Shown here piece by piece: positions 42,142 to 51,823 of a stretch of DNA of 64,000 nt. Position numbers and translations under genes: made by a program. The stretch's first letter is position 1. Every line of letters starts with the position of its first letter. Where the stretch lies: positions 77,213 through 141,212 of the forward strand of contig CAVRBU010000018.1 of assembly GCA_963719315.1 (NCBI GenBank), read 5' to 3'. Source of the DNA: an uncultured Planctomycetota bacterium (GTDB lineage Bacteria; Planctomycetota; Planctomycetia; Pirellulales; Lacipirellulaceae). The notes beneath the pieces were generated by a model, which saw only the letters and a program-made list of their open reading frames with translations, had not been told where the DNA came from and made no database searches.

Positions 42142-43284
42142 CTACTTCACTTCCAGCATCCGCTCTAGCGCCACGAGCGCCCAGCGGGCCGTGTCTTCGT
42201 CCACTTCGATCACATTCACCGGTGTGCCGGCGGCAAGGTTTTCGAGGCTCCAACACAGGTGCGCCAGATCGATGCGGTACATCGTGGCGCACATGCAAAC
42301 GACCGGCGACAGAAAATAGATGTCCTGCTCCGGATGCTCTTGCTTCAGCCGATTCACCAGATGCAACTCGGTTCCGATCGCCCATTTTGTTCCCGGAGGA
42401 GCGGATTCCACTGTTTTGATGATCTTGCTCGTCGAGCCCGATACGTCGGCCAACTCGAACACCTCTCGCTGACATTCTGGATGCACCAGAATCTTGATGC
42501 CCGGATACTTTTCGCGAAGCATCCGCACGTGCTCCGGCCGGAACATTTGATGTACGCTACAGTGACCCTTCCAGAGGATCACCTTGCTACGCTGGAGCTG
42601 CTCAGCGGTGTTGCCGCCCAGGGCGTCGGCATGCGGATCCCACACGGGCATCTCATCCAGCGTGATTCCCATGCCAACCGCCGTGTTTCGACCGAGGTGC
42701 TGATCGGGGAAAAACATTACGCGACCGGTCCGCGCGAACGACCACTTCAGTGCCGCTTCGGCATTGGACGATGTGCACACAATTCCGCCGTGCCGGCCGA
42801 CGAATGCCTTCAGGCTGGCGGCCGAATTGATGTACGTAACGGGCGTGATGTCTTCCGTATCCAGCAGTTCGCCGAGCTGGTCCCAGGCGTCTTCGATTTG
42901 GTGAATGGCGGCCATGTCGGCCATCGAGCAACCGGCCGCCAAATCCGGCAGCACGACCGGTATCCGCTCGCCGCCGCGCTCGGCCAGCTTTTCCGGGCGG
43001 TTGGCCAGGATATCGGCTGTCTCGGCCATGAAGTGCACACCGCAAAACACGATGGCCCGGCACTCGTTGCTTTCGGCCGCGTTCTGGCTTAGCCCATAAC
43101 TATCGCCCCGCAAGTCGGCCAGCGCGATCACCTCGTCTTGCTGGTAGTGATGGCCGAGAATGAGCAATTTACGTCCAAGCTGACGTCGCACCGTCTCAAT
43201 ACGCGACATCAGCTCTACGTTCGACAGCGACTTATAGGGCTGCAACTCGTAGGCGGGCGACGGTGATTGAAGGGTTGTAGGCAT
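42142..43284 (-). CDS. nadA: Quinolinate synthase A
   Basis: LGHHYQ, FCGVHFMAETA, AGCSMADMA, YINSAA.LKA, CTSSNA, GHCSVH, VHPEC, CMCATMYRI. Confidence 0.96.
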   Translation of the reverse strand: MPTTLQSPSPAYELQPYKSLSNVELMSRIETVRRQLGRKLLILGHHYQQDEVIALADLRGDSYGLSQNAAESNECRAIVFCGVHFMAETADILANRPEKLAERGGERIPVVLPDLAAGCSMADMAAIHQIEDAWDQLGELLDTEDITPVTYINSAASLKAFVGRHGGIVCTSSNAEAALKWSFARTGRVMFFPDQHLGRNTAVGMGITLDEMPVWDPHADALGGNTAEQLQRSKVILWKGHCSVHQMFRPEHVRMLREKYPGIKILVHPECQREVFELADVSGSTSKIIKTVESAPPGTKWAIGTELHLVNRLKQEHPEQDIYFLSPVVCMCATMYRIDLAHLCWSLENLAAGTPVNVIEVDEDTARWALVALERMLEVK

Positions 43285-43544
43285 GCAATCGTGGGATGCG
43301 GAAGGGTGTTTCGCGGCAGCACTGATAGCACGGCTGCCTCGCCAATTATACGAAACTGGCCGGCATCGAGCGAATAGCCTGCCACCGAGCGTAGAACTCT
43401 CGGTCCGCGAGAGGAATTGCTGCTCGCGAAGCGAGCAGACGACTCTGTGCGGACTGGGAAAAGTTTAAGGCTAGCTTTGGTCGATAGAGCATACGTGTTC
43501 GTGCGCATCGAGCGGCTACTATCCGCGTCTACTCAAACTGATCT

Positions 43545-43883
43545 ATGGCCGAATCGCCCTCTGAAAACCCGCCAGAAGCCGCTGCCGCCGCGACACAGGA
43601 GTCGCCGCCGCCCGCCGTCAGCGCGGTTGAGGCCGAGCTGGCGAGCCTGCCGACGTTTGCACGGGGCCTGATGCAGATTCGTGTGCCGATCCAGGTAACG
43701 CTCGCCTCGCAACGCAAGAGCATTCAAGAGATCGTGGAACTCGGACCTGGCTCAATCGTTAAATTCGACAAAACGTGCGACGAGCCGCTCGAGCTAGCAA
43801 TCGGCAGTAGGACCATCGCTCGGGGCGAGGTCGTAAAGGTCGGCGACAAGTTCGGCCTAAAGATCGGCGGCCTGGTCAAGTAG
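43545..43883 (+). CDS. FliM/FliN C-terminal (SpoA) domain protein, orphan
   Basis: I.ELGPGSIV.FDK...EPL.L.IG...IARGEVVKVGDKFGLKI. Confidence 0.82.
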   Translation: MAESPSENPPEAAAAATQESPPPAVSAVEAELASLPTFARGLMQIRVPIQVTLASQRKSIQEIVELGPGSIVKFDKTCDEPLELAIGSRTIARGEVVKVGDKFGLKIGGLVK

Positions 43884-43909
43884 GCCCGGCGAGCCAAGCC
43901 GGACAGTGC

Positions 43910-43988
43910 AAGACAAGGTGACAAGGAGAGGGGGAGACAAGGAGTTACGTCTCAAACCGCTCTCTTCTTTTCTCCATGCCTTTTCCAT
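43910..43988. repeat. Degenerate GGAGACAA octamer-arm element
   Basis: AGACAAGGTGACAAGGAGAGGGGGAGACAAGGAG with a pyrimidine-rich counter-arm. Confidence 0.6.
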
Positions 43989-44015
43989 CACCCGCTGAGG
44001 CCGCGACTGCTCGAT

Positions 44016-44051
44016 AAAAAAACCTGCCCCGGACTTTCGTCCGAGGCAGGT
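44016..44051 (-). terminator. Intrinsic terminator of the Cys-rich gene
   Basis: Stem ACCTGCCCCGGAC/GTCCGAGGCAGGT with an A7 run on its left (U-tract on the minus strand). Confidence 0.8.
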
Positions 44052-44091
44052 CTAGTCTTTCGATCGTTCTTCAATCGCTGGTGCCTAGCAC

Positions 44092-44954
44092 TTAGCGAAG
44101 GAAGCTCGTGCGAACCACGTTGCGTTGCTGGCCAACCGAAGCGTTCGGATCGGCCATCGGACGCGGGGCAACTGGCTTGACAGAAGCACCAGCTTCGGCC
44201 GGAGCGGCCGGAGCTTTGTCTTCGTGCTTTTCGCCACCGTTGCAACCGCAGCCGCTCGAGCAACCACCGCCGCAGCTATCGCAACCGCAGCTGTTGCAAC
44301 CGCAGCACGGCTCGCAGCACGAGCAGCAACCGCAGTTGCTGTGGCACTTGAACATGCCACACAGGCTGTCCAACAAGCAGCAGCGCTTCTGGCAGCAGCA
44401 GGACGAACCGCAGCTATTGCAACCGCAGCTTTGCTCGCAGCAGCAGCTCTTTTCGCAGCAGCAGCTCGGCTCGCAGCAAGAATTGCAGCAGCAACCACGA
44501 TGGAACATGCCACTCAGGCTGTCCAACAGGCAGCAGCGCTTCTGGCAGCAGCAGGACGAACCGCAGCTATTGCAGCCGCAGCTCGGCTCGCAGCAGCAGC
44601 TATTCTCGCAACCGCAGCTTTGCTCGCAGCAGCAGCTCTTTTCACAGCAGCAGCTGGGCTCGCAGCATCCGCAACCTCCACCGCAGTGGAAGCAGCTGCA
44701 GAGCTTGTCGAGGATGCAGCAGCGCGGGCGCAGCAGCAGCTCGAGCAGCTATCGCAGCAATTGCTCTGTTCGCAGCAGCAGCTCTTCTCGCAGCAGCAAC
44801 TGGGCTCACAGCAACACGACTTCTCGCAGCAGCCGCAGCTGGGCTCACAGCAACAGCCGCAGCCGTTGCCGAGCATTTTGTCCAACAAGCAGAAGCCGAA
44901 GCTTGGGCTTGTCAGAGCAATGCTCACCATGAGCGCTCCTAAAAAGTTCTTCAT
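44092..44954 (-). CDS. Secreted ultra-cysteine-rich repeat protein (1-bp frameshift near 44730)
   Basis: SD AGGAG, signal peptide MKNFLGALMVSIALTSPSFG, CCCEPS/CCCEKS/CCCEQS repeats, own terminator. Confidence 0.8.
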
Positions 44955-45673
44955 CGGACATCGTCTCCTATATGTCGGAACCATCCTGGCAGAAGATAAA
45001 CAACTTCCGGCAACGCGCGATGCCGCCCCACGCCGAAGTGCCGGTCGTGAATGACGGACGCAAGGCTACGCCGAGTCGGTAGGCAAGTCCGGCGTAAGGG
45101 GCACTTTCAAAGTGCCGGAAGTCGAAATCAGGCGGGCTGCTTCGGAGGGTTCCCACGGTTGGCGTCAGCTCCAGTCGAGCCAATCCTTGGCTCGAAAAGT
45201 CCGGGCCGGTTGGCTGACGCGCATACTTTTTGCCGCAAGAGGCACGCGGGTGCATCGCATGCGACAACAAACGTATCGTCCGCTTCCCGAAGAGCGCTTG
45301 AGTGAACGCAAGTAATTTTCAGCACCCGGCTTAACGCTCCTGTTACGCAAGATCTGCCCGCCGGGTAGGCTGGCAAAAGGCTGACGTTTCTAGGGGTTGA
45401 ACGGGCAATCGTGGCCTCGCCAGCCGCAGTTTGATATAGTTAGGAAAGATGGAACGCGCGTCCCGCGTTCATTCGCTTCGCACGACGGACCCCGCCTTGC
45501 GCAAATCGGCGCGAAATTACCCTCCCACCCCGCGAACTTGATCACTGCCAGCACCTTGCCCTGAGCGTCACTCTGCCGTTAGGGTAAAGCTTGACGGCCA
45601 GGAAACCTTTGACTTTGCCGCGAAGTAGCCCGTTATTTCCTTCCATGCGTCTTACTGGCGGAGCAATCCTCTC

Positions 45674-47940
45674 ATGAGCTTCCGTTCGAGATTCCACTTT
45701 CTCAGCTTACTTGCAGTTGCGGCCTTTTTCCCCTTCAGCGGCGTTGCGGTCCAGGCTGCAACGCCCGACCCGATGGATTGGCCCAATTGGCGCGGCCCGC
45801 AACAGAACCGCGTGTCCACCGAAAAGGGGCTCATTGATAAGTGGAATCCGGAAGGCGGCCAAGGGAGCAATCTACTCTGGAAGAAGAAGGAGCTTGCCGG
45901 CCGGTCGACTCCCATTGTCCTCCGCGGAAAACTCTACACAATCGTTCGCGACCAGGCGGCGACCGCCAACGAGCGAGAGATGGTCGTCTGCGCCGATGCG
46001 GCAACCGGGGACATCATTTGGAAACACCCGTTCAATGTGTATCTCTCTGAGGTGCCGGCCGATCGGGTGGGTTGGTCCAGCGTGGTCGGTGATCCGGAAA
46101 CCGGCCGCATTTACGCCCAAGGAGTATGCGGTTACTTCTGCTGCTTGGAGGGCGACACGGGCAAACTGGTTTGGGACCACAGCTTGCACGAAGAACTTGG
46201 ATTGATCTCGACTTTCGGTGGCCGCACTCATACGCCGGTCGTGTTCGAGGACAGCGTCTTGATTAGTGCCGTAATCGTCGGCTGGGGCGATGAGCCGAAG
46301 TGGGGCCGAATGGCACTCCCGGCCCATCGCGTCATGTGCTTCGACAAAGCAACCGGGGAACTGCGTTGGCTCAATGGCACGAGCATCAGCCCCTACGATA
46401 CGACGTGGGAAACGCCAACCGTGACCCCCATCGCCGGACAACAAGAGATGGTGTTCAGCTCCGGCGATGGCGGCGTGTGGGCCTTACAGCCGCGGACTGG
46501 AAAGGCGATCTGGAACTTTCCATTCGCCCGCGCCGGCATCAATGTTTCGCCTCTCGTCACGCCCGACGGCAAAGTCTACACCAGCCAAGGTGCAGAAAAC
46601 TTGTTCGGCAGCAGCATGGGCTCCGTCGTAGCGCTCGACGGTACGCAAAAGGGAAACCTGACCGACAAGGAACTCTGGCGAAAGTTTGAGGTCATGGCCA
46701 ACACTTGCTCGCCGGTGATCTACGACGGTCGGCTGTACATCGTCGATGAAGGCGCAAAGATGTATGTCTTTGACGCGAAGAGCGGCAAGCAGATCACCAA
46801 GCAAAAACTCGGCAACACGGCTCGCAGCACGCCGCTTGTTGCGGACGGTAAGCTCTATTTCTGCTCGGGAAACGGAAAGTGGTGGGTGTTGAAGCCGACC
46901 GACAGAGGCTTGGACACGGTCGATCAGGTCGATCTGCCCGAGGGCTGCGAATCATCGCCCATCGTATCGCACGGGCGGATCTATCTTTCCACGCCGGAGT
47001 ATATGTATTGCATTGGTTCGAAGGACGCCCATCCGGAGGCTGACCCATTGCCGCCGGCGCCAAAGGAAGCTCCGATCACGGATCACAAAATCTCAACGGT
47101 GCAAGTCGTCCCGTGCGATGTGCTGTTGTCGCCCGGCGAGTCGCAGAAATTCAAAGCAAGATTTTTCAACGCGCTCGGGCAAGCGCTACAGAGTGTTGAT
47201 GCTTCGAAGGCACAATTCTCAGTCGATGGGCCGGGGAGCATCGCTGCCGACGGAACCTACCGGCGCCTGGCGACAAACTGCATCAATGCGCTCTCGTGAC
47301 GTGCAAAGTTGGCGACCAGGTCGGTACGGCCCGCATCCGCATCGTGCCGCCGTTGCCGTGGAAGTTCGATTTTAACGATTTGAAATCGGTGCCGCTCACC
47401 TGGCTTGGCGGGCGCGTTCGGTGGGAACTCCGCGAGAAAGACGGCGAAAAGTTCATCGCCAAGAAAACTGTCCTGCCGACACCAAAGAACCCAAACAACA
47501 AGCTCGGCACGCGAAGCTACGTGTGGATTGGGCCAATCAACTTGGCGAACTATACGATTCAGGCCGATGTGCTGTTGAAAGAATTCGAGGGCCGGATGCC
47601 GGATGTGGGCGTAATCAACAGCGGATACCAGTTGTGGATCCGCAGCAAAGGTCGCACGCTACGATTGGATAGCTGGGCGGCGAGCGATTACCGCACGAAA
47701 GTCGAGACCGAGTTCCAACCTAAGCCGGATACCTGGTATACATTGAAACTTTCGGTCGTTCCCGGGAAAGGACACGCAACCGTGCGCGGCAAAATTTGGC
47801 CTCGCGGCGAGAATGAGCCGGAAAAATGGACTGCTGAAATGGTCGATCATTCGCCGAACTTGCACGGCACGCCCGGCCTCTTCGGCAACTCGCCCGATGC
47901 GGAGATTTACCTCGATAATTTGCAAGTGACGGCCAATTAA
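45674..47940 (+). CDS. PQQ-binding-like beta-propeller protein with C-terminal lectin-like domain (1-bp frameshift near 47260)
   Basis: DWPNWRGP, STP, C.DA.TG...W repeats, SSPIVSHGRIY; continues into ORF 47296-47940. Confidence 0.85.
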
Positions 47941-48052
47941 GCCAAACACATCTCAATTCTGTAACTACGAAGTCACGATAGGCACAAAGAAAGTTTCATT
48001 GATTCTTCCCCTCTTCAGGATTTCGTCGTTCAACTCTTTCGATCAAATGATT

Positions 48053-49867
48053 ATGAGAAATCGATCCATCATTGCTGTGGCCGTTATTGTGAGTTGGGGT
48101 TTGACCGGAGGGGGTGCGCTCGCCGCGGATGCCGCCAAGTCAGTGGCCTCCGCCACCCCAGGAAAACCCAACGTCGATTGGGCCCAGTGGGGCGGCACTT
48201 CCGTGCGGAACAACACACCAGAAGGCCACAATATCCCCACCGAGTGGAACATCGGCGAATTTGACTATCGCACCGGCGCGTGGGATTCCAAAAACGCGAA
48301 GAACATCAAGTGGGTCGCCCGGCTCGGTTCGCAGAGCTACGGCAACCCCGTCGTCGCCGGCGGGCACGTCTATGTCGGCACCAACAATAGCGCCGGCTGG
48401 CTCAAACGGTTCCCGTCGGATCACGACTTAGGCTGCTTACTGTGTTTCGACGCCAAAGACGGCAAATTCCTCTGGCAGCACAGCAGCGAAAAGTTGCCCA
48501 CCGGCCGCGTACACGACTGGCCGCTCCAAGGCGTGTGCAGCGCACCGCTCGTCGAAGGCAATCTGCTCTATTTCGTGACGAACCGCGGCGAGGTCCGCTG
48601 TCTCGATACCCAAGGCTTCTACGACGGCAAGAACGACGGACCCTTCAAGGAAGAGGAAAACGAGAACAAAGATGAAGCGGACGTCATCTGGAGCTTCGAC
48701 ATGATGAAGGAACTGGGCGTTTCTCCTCACAACATGTCGGATTGTTCGATCACCAGCGCCGGCGATTTGCTATTCGTGTGTACTTCGAACGGCGTGGATG
48801 TCGAGCACAACTACATTCCCGCGCCGCAAGCGCCCAGCTTCTTCGCCATCAACAAAAAGACAAAGGACGTGCTCTGGACCGATGCCTCGCCCGGTCTCAA
48901 CATCCTGCACGGCGAATGGTCGTCACCCGCCTACGCCGTGCTCGGTGGCACGCCGCAAGTGATCTTTGGCGGTGGCGATGGCTGGCTCTACAGCTTCGAC
49001 CCGCAGGGCGACGGCAACGGCAAATCGAAACTTCTCTGGAAGTTCGACTGCAATCCGAAAACTTCGCACTACAGCTTGAACAAGGCCACGCGGAATCACA
49101 TCATCGGCACGCCGGTCATTTACGATGGACTCGTCTACGTGGCGGTCGGCGAGGACCCCGAACATGGCGAGGGCACCGGCCACCTGTGGTGCATCGACCC
49201 CACGAAGCGCGGCGACGTGAGCCCCGAGTTGGCCTACAATTCCGCCGATCCGACCAAACCGATTCCCCCCAAGCGCTTGCAGGCCGTTGAACCGGAGAAG
49301 GGCGACTTCGCCCGCCCGAATCCGAACTCGGCCGCCGTCTGGCACTACAGCGAAGTTGATCTCAACGGCAACGGCAAGCCCGAGTTTGAAGAGATCATGC
49401 ACCGCACACTGGGCAGCGTGGCGATCAAAGACGACGTACTCTACATCGCCGACTACAGCGGCTTGTTTCATTGCCTCGATGCGAAGACCGGTAAACGCCA
49501 TTGGGTGTACGATATGCTCTCTGCCTCCTGGGGCTCGCCGCTGATCGTCGACGGCAAGGTTTACATCGGAGACGAAGACGGAGACGTCGCGGTTTTCAGG
49601 CACTCCGCGGACCCAAACGTGGCCATGAAATACGATAAGAAGCAAGACAAAATGGTGCCGTTTTATGCAATTCTTCAGGATGATGGTAAGTTCGCCGAAA
49701 TAAACATGGGCAATAGCGTCTACAGCACGCCCATCGTCGCCGATAACGTCCTATACATCTCCAACCGCACCCACTTGTTCGCAATCGCGAATGGCGCCAA
49801 ACCAGCGCTACAGGACACCACCGCCAGTGCGAAGGAACAAGCCCCCGCAAAGCCAGCAGCCGATTGA
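48053..49867 (+). CDS. PQQ-binding-like beta-propeller (BamB-like) protein
   Basis: DWAQWGG...RN, NIKWVA.LGSQSYGNPVV, LDAKTGK..W, GSPLIVDGKVYIGDEDG, YSTPIVAD.VLYI. Confidence 0.88.
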   Translation: MRNRSIIAVAVIVSWGLTGGGALAADAAKSVASATPGKPNVDWAQWGGTSVRNNTPEGHNIPTEWNIGEFDYRTGAWDSKNAKNIKWVARLGSQSYGNPVVAGGHVYVGTNNSAGWLKRFPSDHDLGCLLCFDAKDGKFLWQHSSEKLPTGRVHDWPLQGVCSAPLVEGNLLYFVTNRGEVRCLDTQGFYDGKNDGPFKEEENENKDEADVIWSFDMMKELGVSPHNMSDCSITSAGDLLFVCTSNGVDVEHNYIPAPQAPSFFAINKKTKDVLWTDASPGLNILHGEWSSPAYAVLGGTPQVIFGGGDGWLYSFDPQGDGNGKSKLLWKFDCNPKTSHYSLNKATRNHIIGTPVIYDGLVYVAVGEDPEHGEGTGHLWCIDPTKRGDVSPELAYNSADPTKPIPPKRLQAVEPEKGDFARPNPNSAAVWHYSEVDLNGNGKPEFEEIMHRTLGSVAIKDDVLYIADYSGLFHCLDAKTGKRHWVYDMLSASWGSPLIVDGKVYIGDEDGDVAVFRHSADPNVAMKYDKKQDKMVPFYAILQDDGKFAEINMGNSVYSTPIVADNVLYISNRTHLFAIANGAKPALQDTTASAKEQAPAKPAAD

Positions 49868-49909
49868 GGCTCGTGCATTCAAGCGGTCTCCGCTTAATAT
49901 CATGAAACA

Positions 49910-50281
49910 ATGCTCAAGCGAGTCCTAGACGTTGGTCAGTGCGGTCCGGATCATGCCGCGATCCGCAATTATTTGACGCGCAACTTCGATTGTGAAATCG
50001 TGCAGGTCGACGACGCGGCCGCCGCCCTCGCGCTTCTGAAGGCCGCACCGTACGACCTTGTTTTAGTAAACCGCAAGCTCGACGTTGACTATTCCGACGG
50101 TGTTGAAGTGATCCGCGCTCTAAAAGCCGACACCGCTACCGAGAGTGTGCCCGTAATGTTGGTCACCAACTATGCCGAGCACCAGGACGCAGCCGTCGCC
50201 GCTGGAGCGATCCGCGGCTTCGGCAAATTGGAATTCGAGAGCGCAGAGACGCGTGCAAAGCTGGCCTCGGTACTCGGCTAA
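49910..50281 (+). CDS. Single-domain response regulator-like protein lacking the phospho-accepting Asp
   Basis: REC pattern (YDLVLVNRKL..DG.EVI..LK...VPVMLVT..A.AAGA..GFGK) with N in place of D. Confidence 0.78.
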   Translation: MLKRVLDVGQCGPDHAAIRNYLTRNFDCEIVQVDDAAAALALLKAAPYDLVLVNRKLDVDYSDGVEVIRALKADTATESVPVMLVTNYAEHQDAAVAAGAIRGFGKLEFESAETRAKLASVLG

Positions 50282-50299
50282 CCGAAAGCGTGCACCGCC

Positions 50300-50607
50300 T
50301 TATTCCTGCACTACTTCCTTGACGGGCTGCACGAAGTGGGGCGACTTGCCCGAGGCCGTGAGTTCTTTGGCCTTTTTGTCGGCCTCTTTCTTTTCGCTGA
50401 ACTCGTAGAGTGCCACCCGCTTGAGCGATTGATTGAACACCCCCCAGAACGCCTTCATGCGCACGACTTTCGTGCTCTTCGCGCGGCTTTTGCGTTTGAC
50501 GGGCGCCTTTTTTGCGGCCGCCGCTTTTTTGGGGCGCTCTTGGCCTTCCGCTCGGCGGCTTCGACTTCGGCTCGCTTTTCCTTGCGACGAACTATTTTCG
50601 CGGCCAT
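50300..50607 (-). CDS. Small basic Lys/Ala-rich protein (1-bp frameshift near 50525)
   Basis: Corrected: MAAKIVRRKEKRAEVEAAERKAKSAPKKAAAAKKAPVKRKSRAK..MKAFWGVFNQSLKRVALYEF. Confidence 0.65.
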
Positions 50608-50820
50608 GTTCCAAATAGGGGGCAAAGGGTTCTAAAAATGGAGGCTGACGGATGACGACCCATCCTACCCGATTTTCGACCCGATGCCTACCGGCCGGGG
50701 AGGGCCACTTCGAGGCCGATGGCCGGGCATCTCGCAACACGGCATCGGGCCTCAGTAAGGCCCCACAGCCTTAAGTGAATCGCAGTATAAAGCGATCCAA
50801 TAGGCCGTCTCGTGCAAGTC

Positions 50821-51195
50821 TCAAAGCGTCACGTGCAGTTTTTCCGCCCGAAGCTTCATCGCCGGTTGGAAGTAAACGATTGGACGATACTTGAGTCCGT
50901 TCCGCGCTGGCGCCGCCCGCAGGCGGGCCCAGAAAAATGTTTCGTCCACCATTCGTTGCGGCAGGTGACCCAATTGAACCTGCACCGCTACCGCATTGCA
51001 AAACGCCACCTCCGTTTTGAGGCGCGCCTGAAGCCCGACCACCAGTCGATCGCGTAGCGTAATCGGCTGGTCCGCCTTGGCGGGCGTGACGTTGATCGGC
51101 TCAAGTTCTGATGTGGCGGCCGACGATAGCAATCCACCACCCGCGGCTGCCATTAACCCCAAAGCTACGGCCACGAACAATCGAGATATGCGCAT
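50821..51195 (-). CDS. Hypothetical exported protein
   Basis: Signal-like N-terminus; LRDRL..GLQAR...E.AF...V...V..G.LP...VDETFFWAR. Confidence 0.7.
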   Translation of the reverse strand: MRISRLFVAVALGLMAAAGGGLLSSAATSELEPINVTPAKADQPITLRDRLVVGLQARLKTEVAFCNAVAVQVQLGHLPQRMVDETFFWARLRAAPARNGLKYRPIVYFQPAMKLRAEKLHVTL

Positions 51196-51542
51196 ATGTA
51201 TTCCGTTGCAATAAACACAGACGAGTAGGTCGTCGGTGCTCCTGCGGCGGGAAAATCATCGCCGTGGAGCGCCAGAAAAGTGAACCGCTCCGATGAGCGG
51301 ATGGCGACGTTTAGCAAGTTACGAATATCGCCACAAGATCGCGAAATTTAACTGCCACCGGCATGCGGTTTGCCAAAGCGATTGTGAGCAATACGGCACA
51401 CCGTTTGCTCCTATTTTTTCCCGAAAAACACCGAGCAATTTCACGTGACGCACGTCTTTCGCAAACTAGAATTATGGTGTATTGTTTGACGCCCTGCCCG
51501 GAGTTTCCACTTCAGCAGCGGCGGCCCCTAGCCGATACAATA

Positions 51543-51766
51543 CGCGGCCCGGTTGCTTCGGCGTCTGGTCGCGATCACAAATCAAACTCCGGTTGAGTAC
51601 CGTCGGGAGGACCATAATTACGATTGGCCAGGGTCGATCACATGGCTGTGCGCAGCACAGTCCGGCCTCGCCTGTCTTCGAGCGACTCCTCATCGTCGCA
51701 ATCAGCCGGACGTTTGAAATAAGAGGGCCGCGGTCGACGCCTTGGGCGATCGACCGCGGCCTTTTT
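51543..51766 (+). ncRNA. Candidate structured ncRNA (6S RNA-like rod)
   Basis: 5' UUCG hairpin; rod 51582-51717 with a central bubble; followed by an intrinsic terminator with no upstream plus-strand CDS. Confidence 0.5.
51725..51766 (+). terminator. Intrinsic terminator
   Basis: GGCCGCGGTCGA-loop-TCGACCGCGGCC followed by TTTTT. Confidence 0.85.
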
Positions 51767-51823
51767 CATTTTCCGAATTGATGTGTTGCGGCACGCTTGC
51801 GGCGAAGCGTCGCCGCTTCGCGC

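Noticed and set aside
44108..45054. Poly-Gln and poly-Ala plus-strand ORFs
   Set aside because: Antisense readings of TGC repeats; the SD, signal peptide and terminator support the minus-strand Cys-rich gene.
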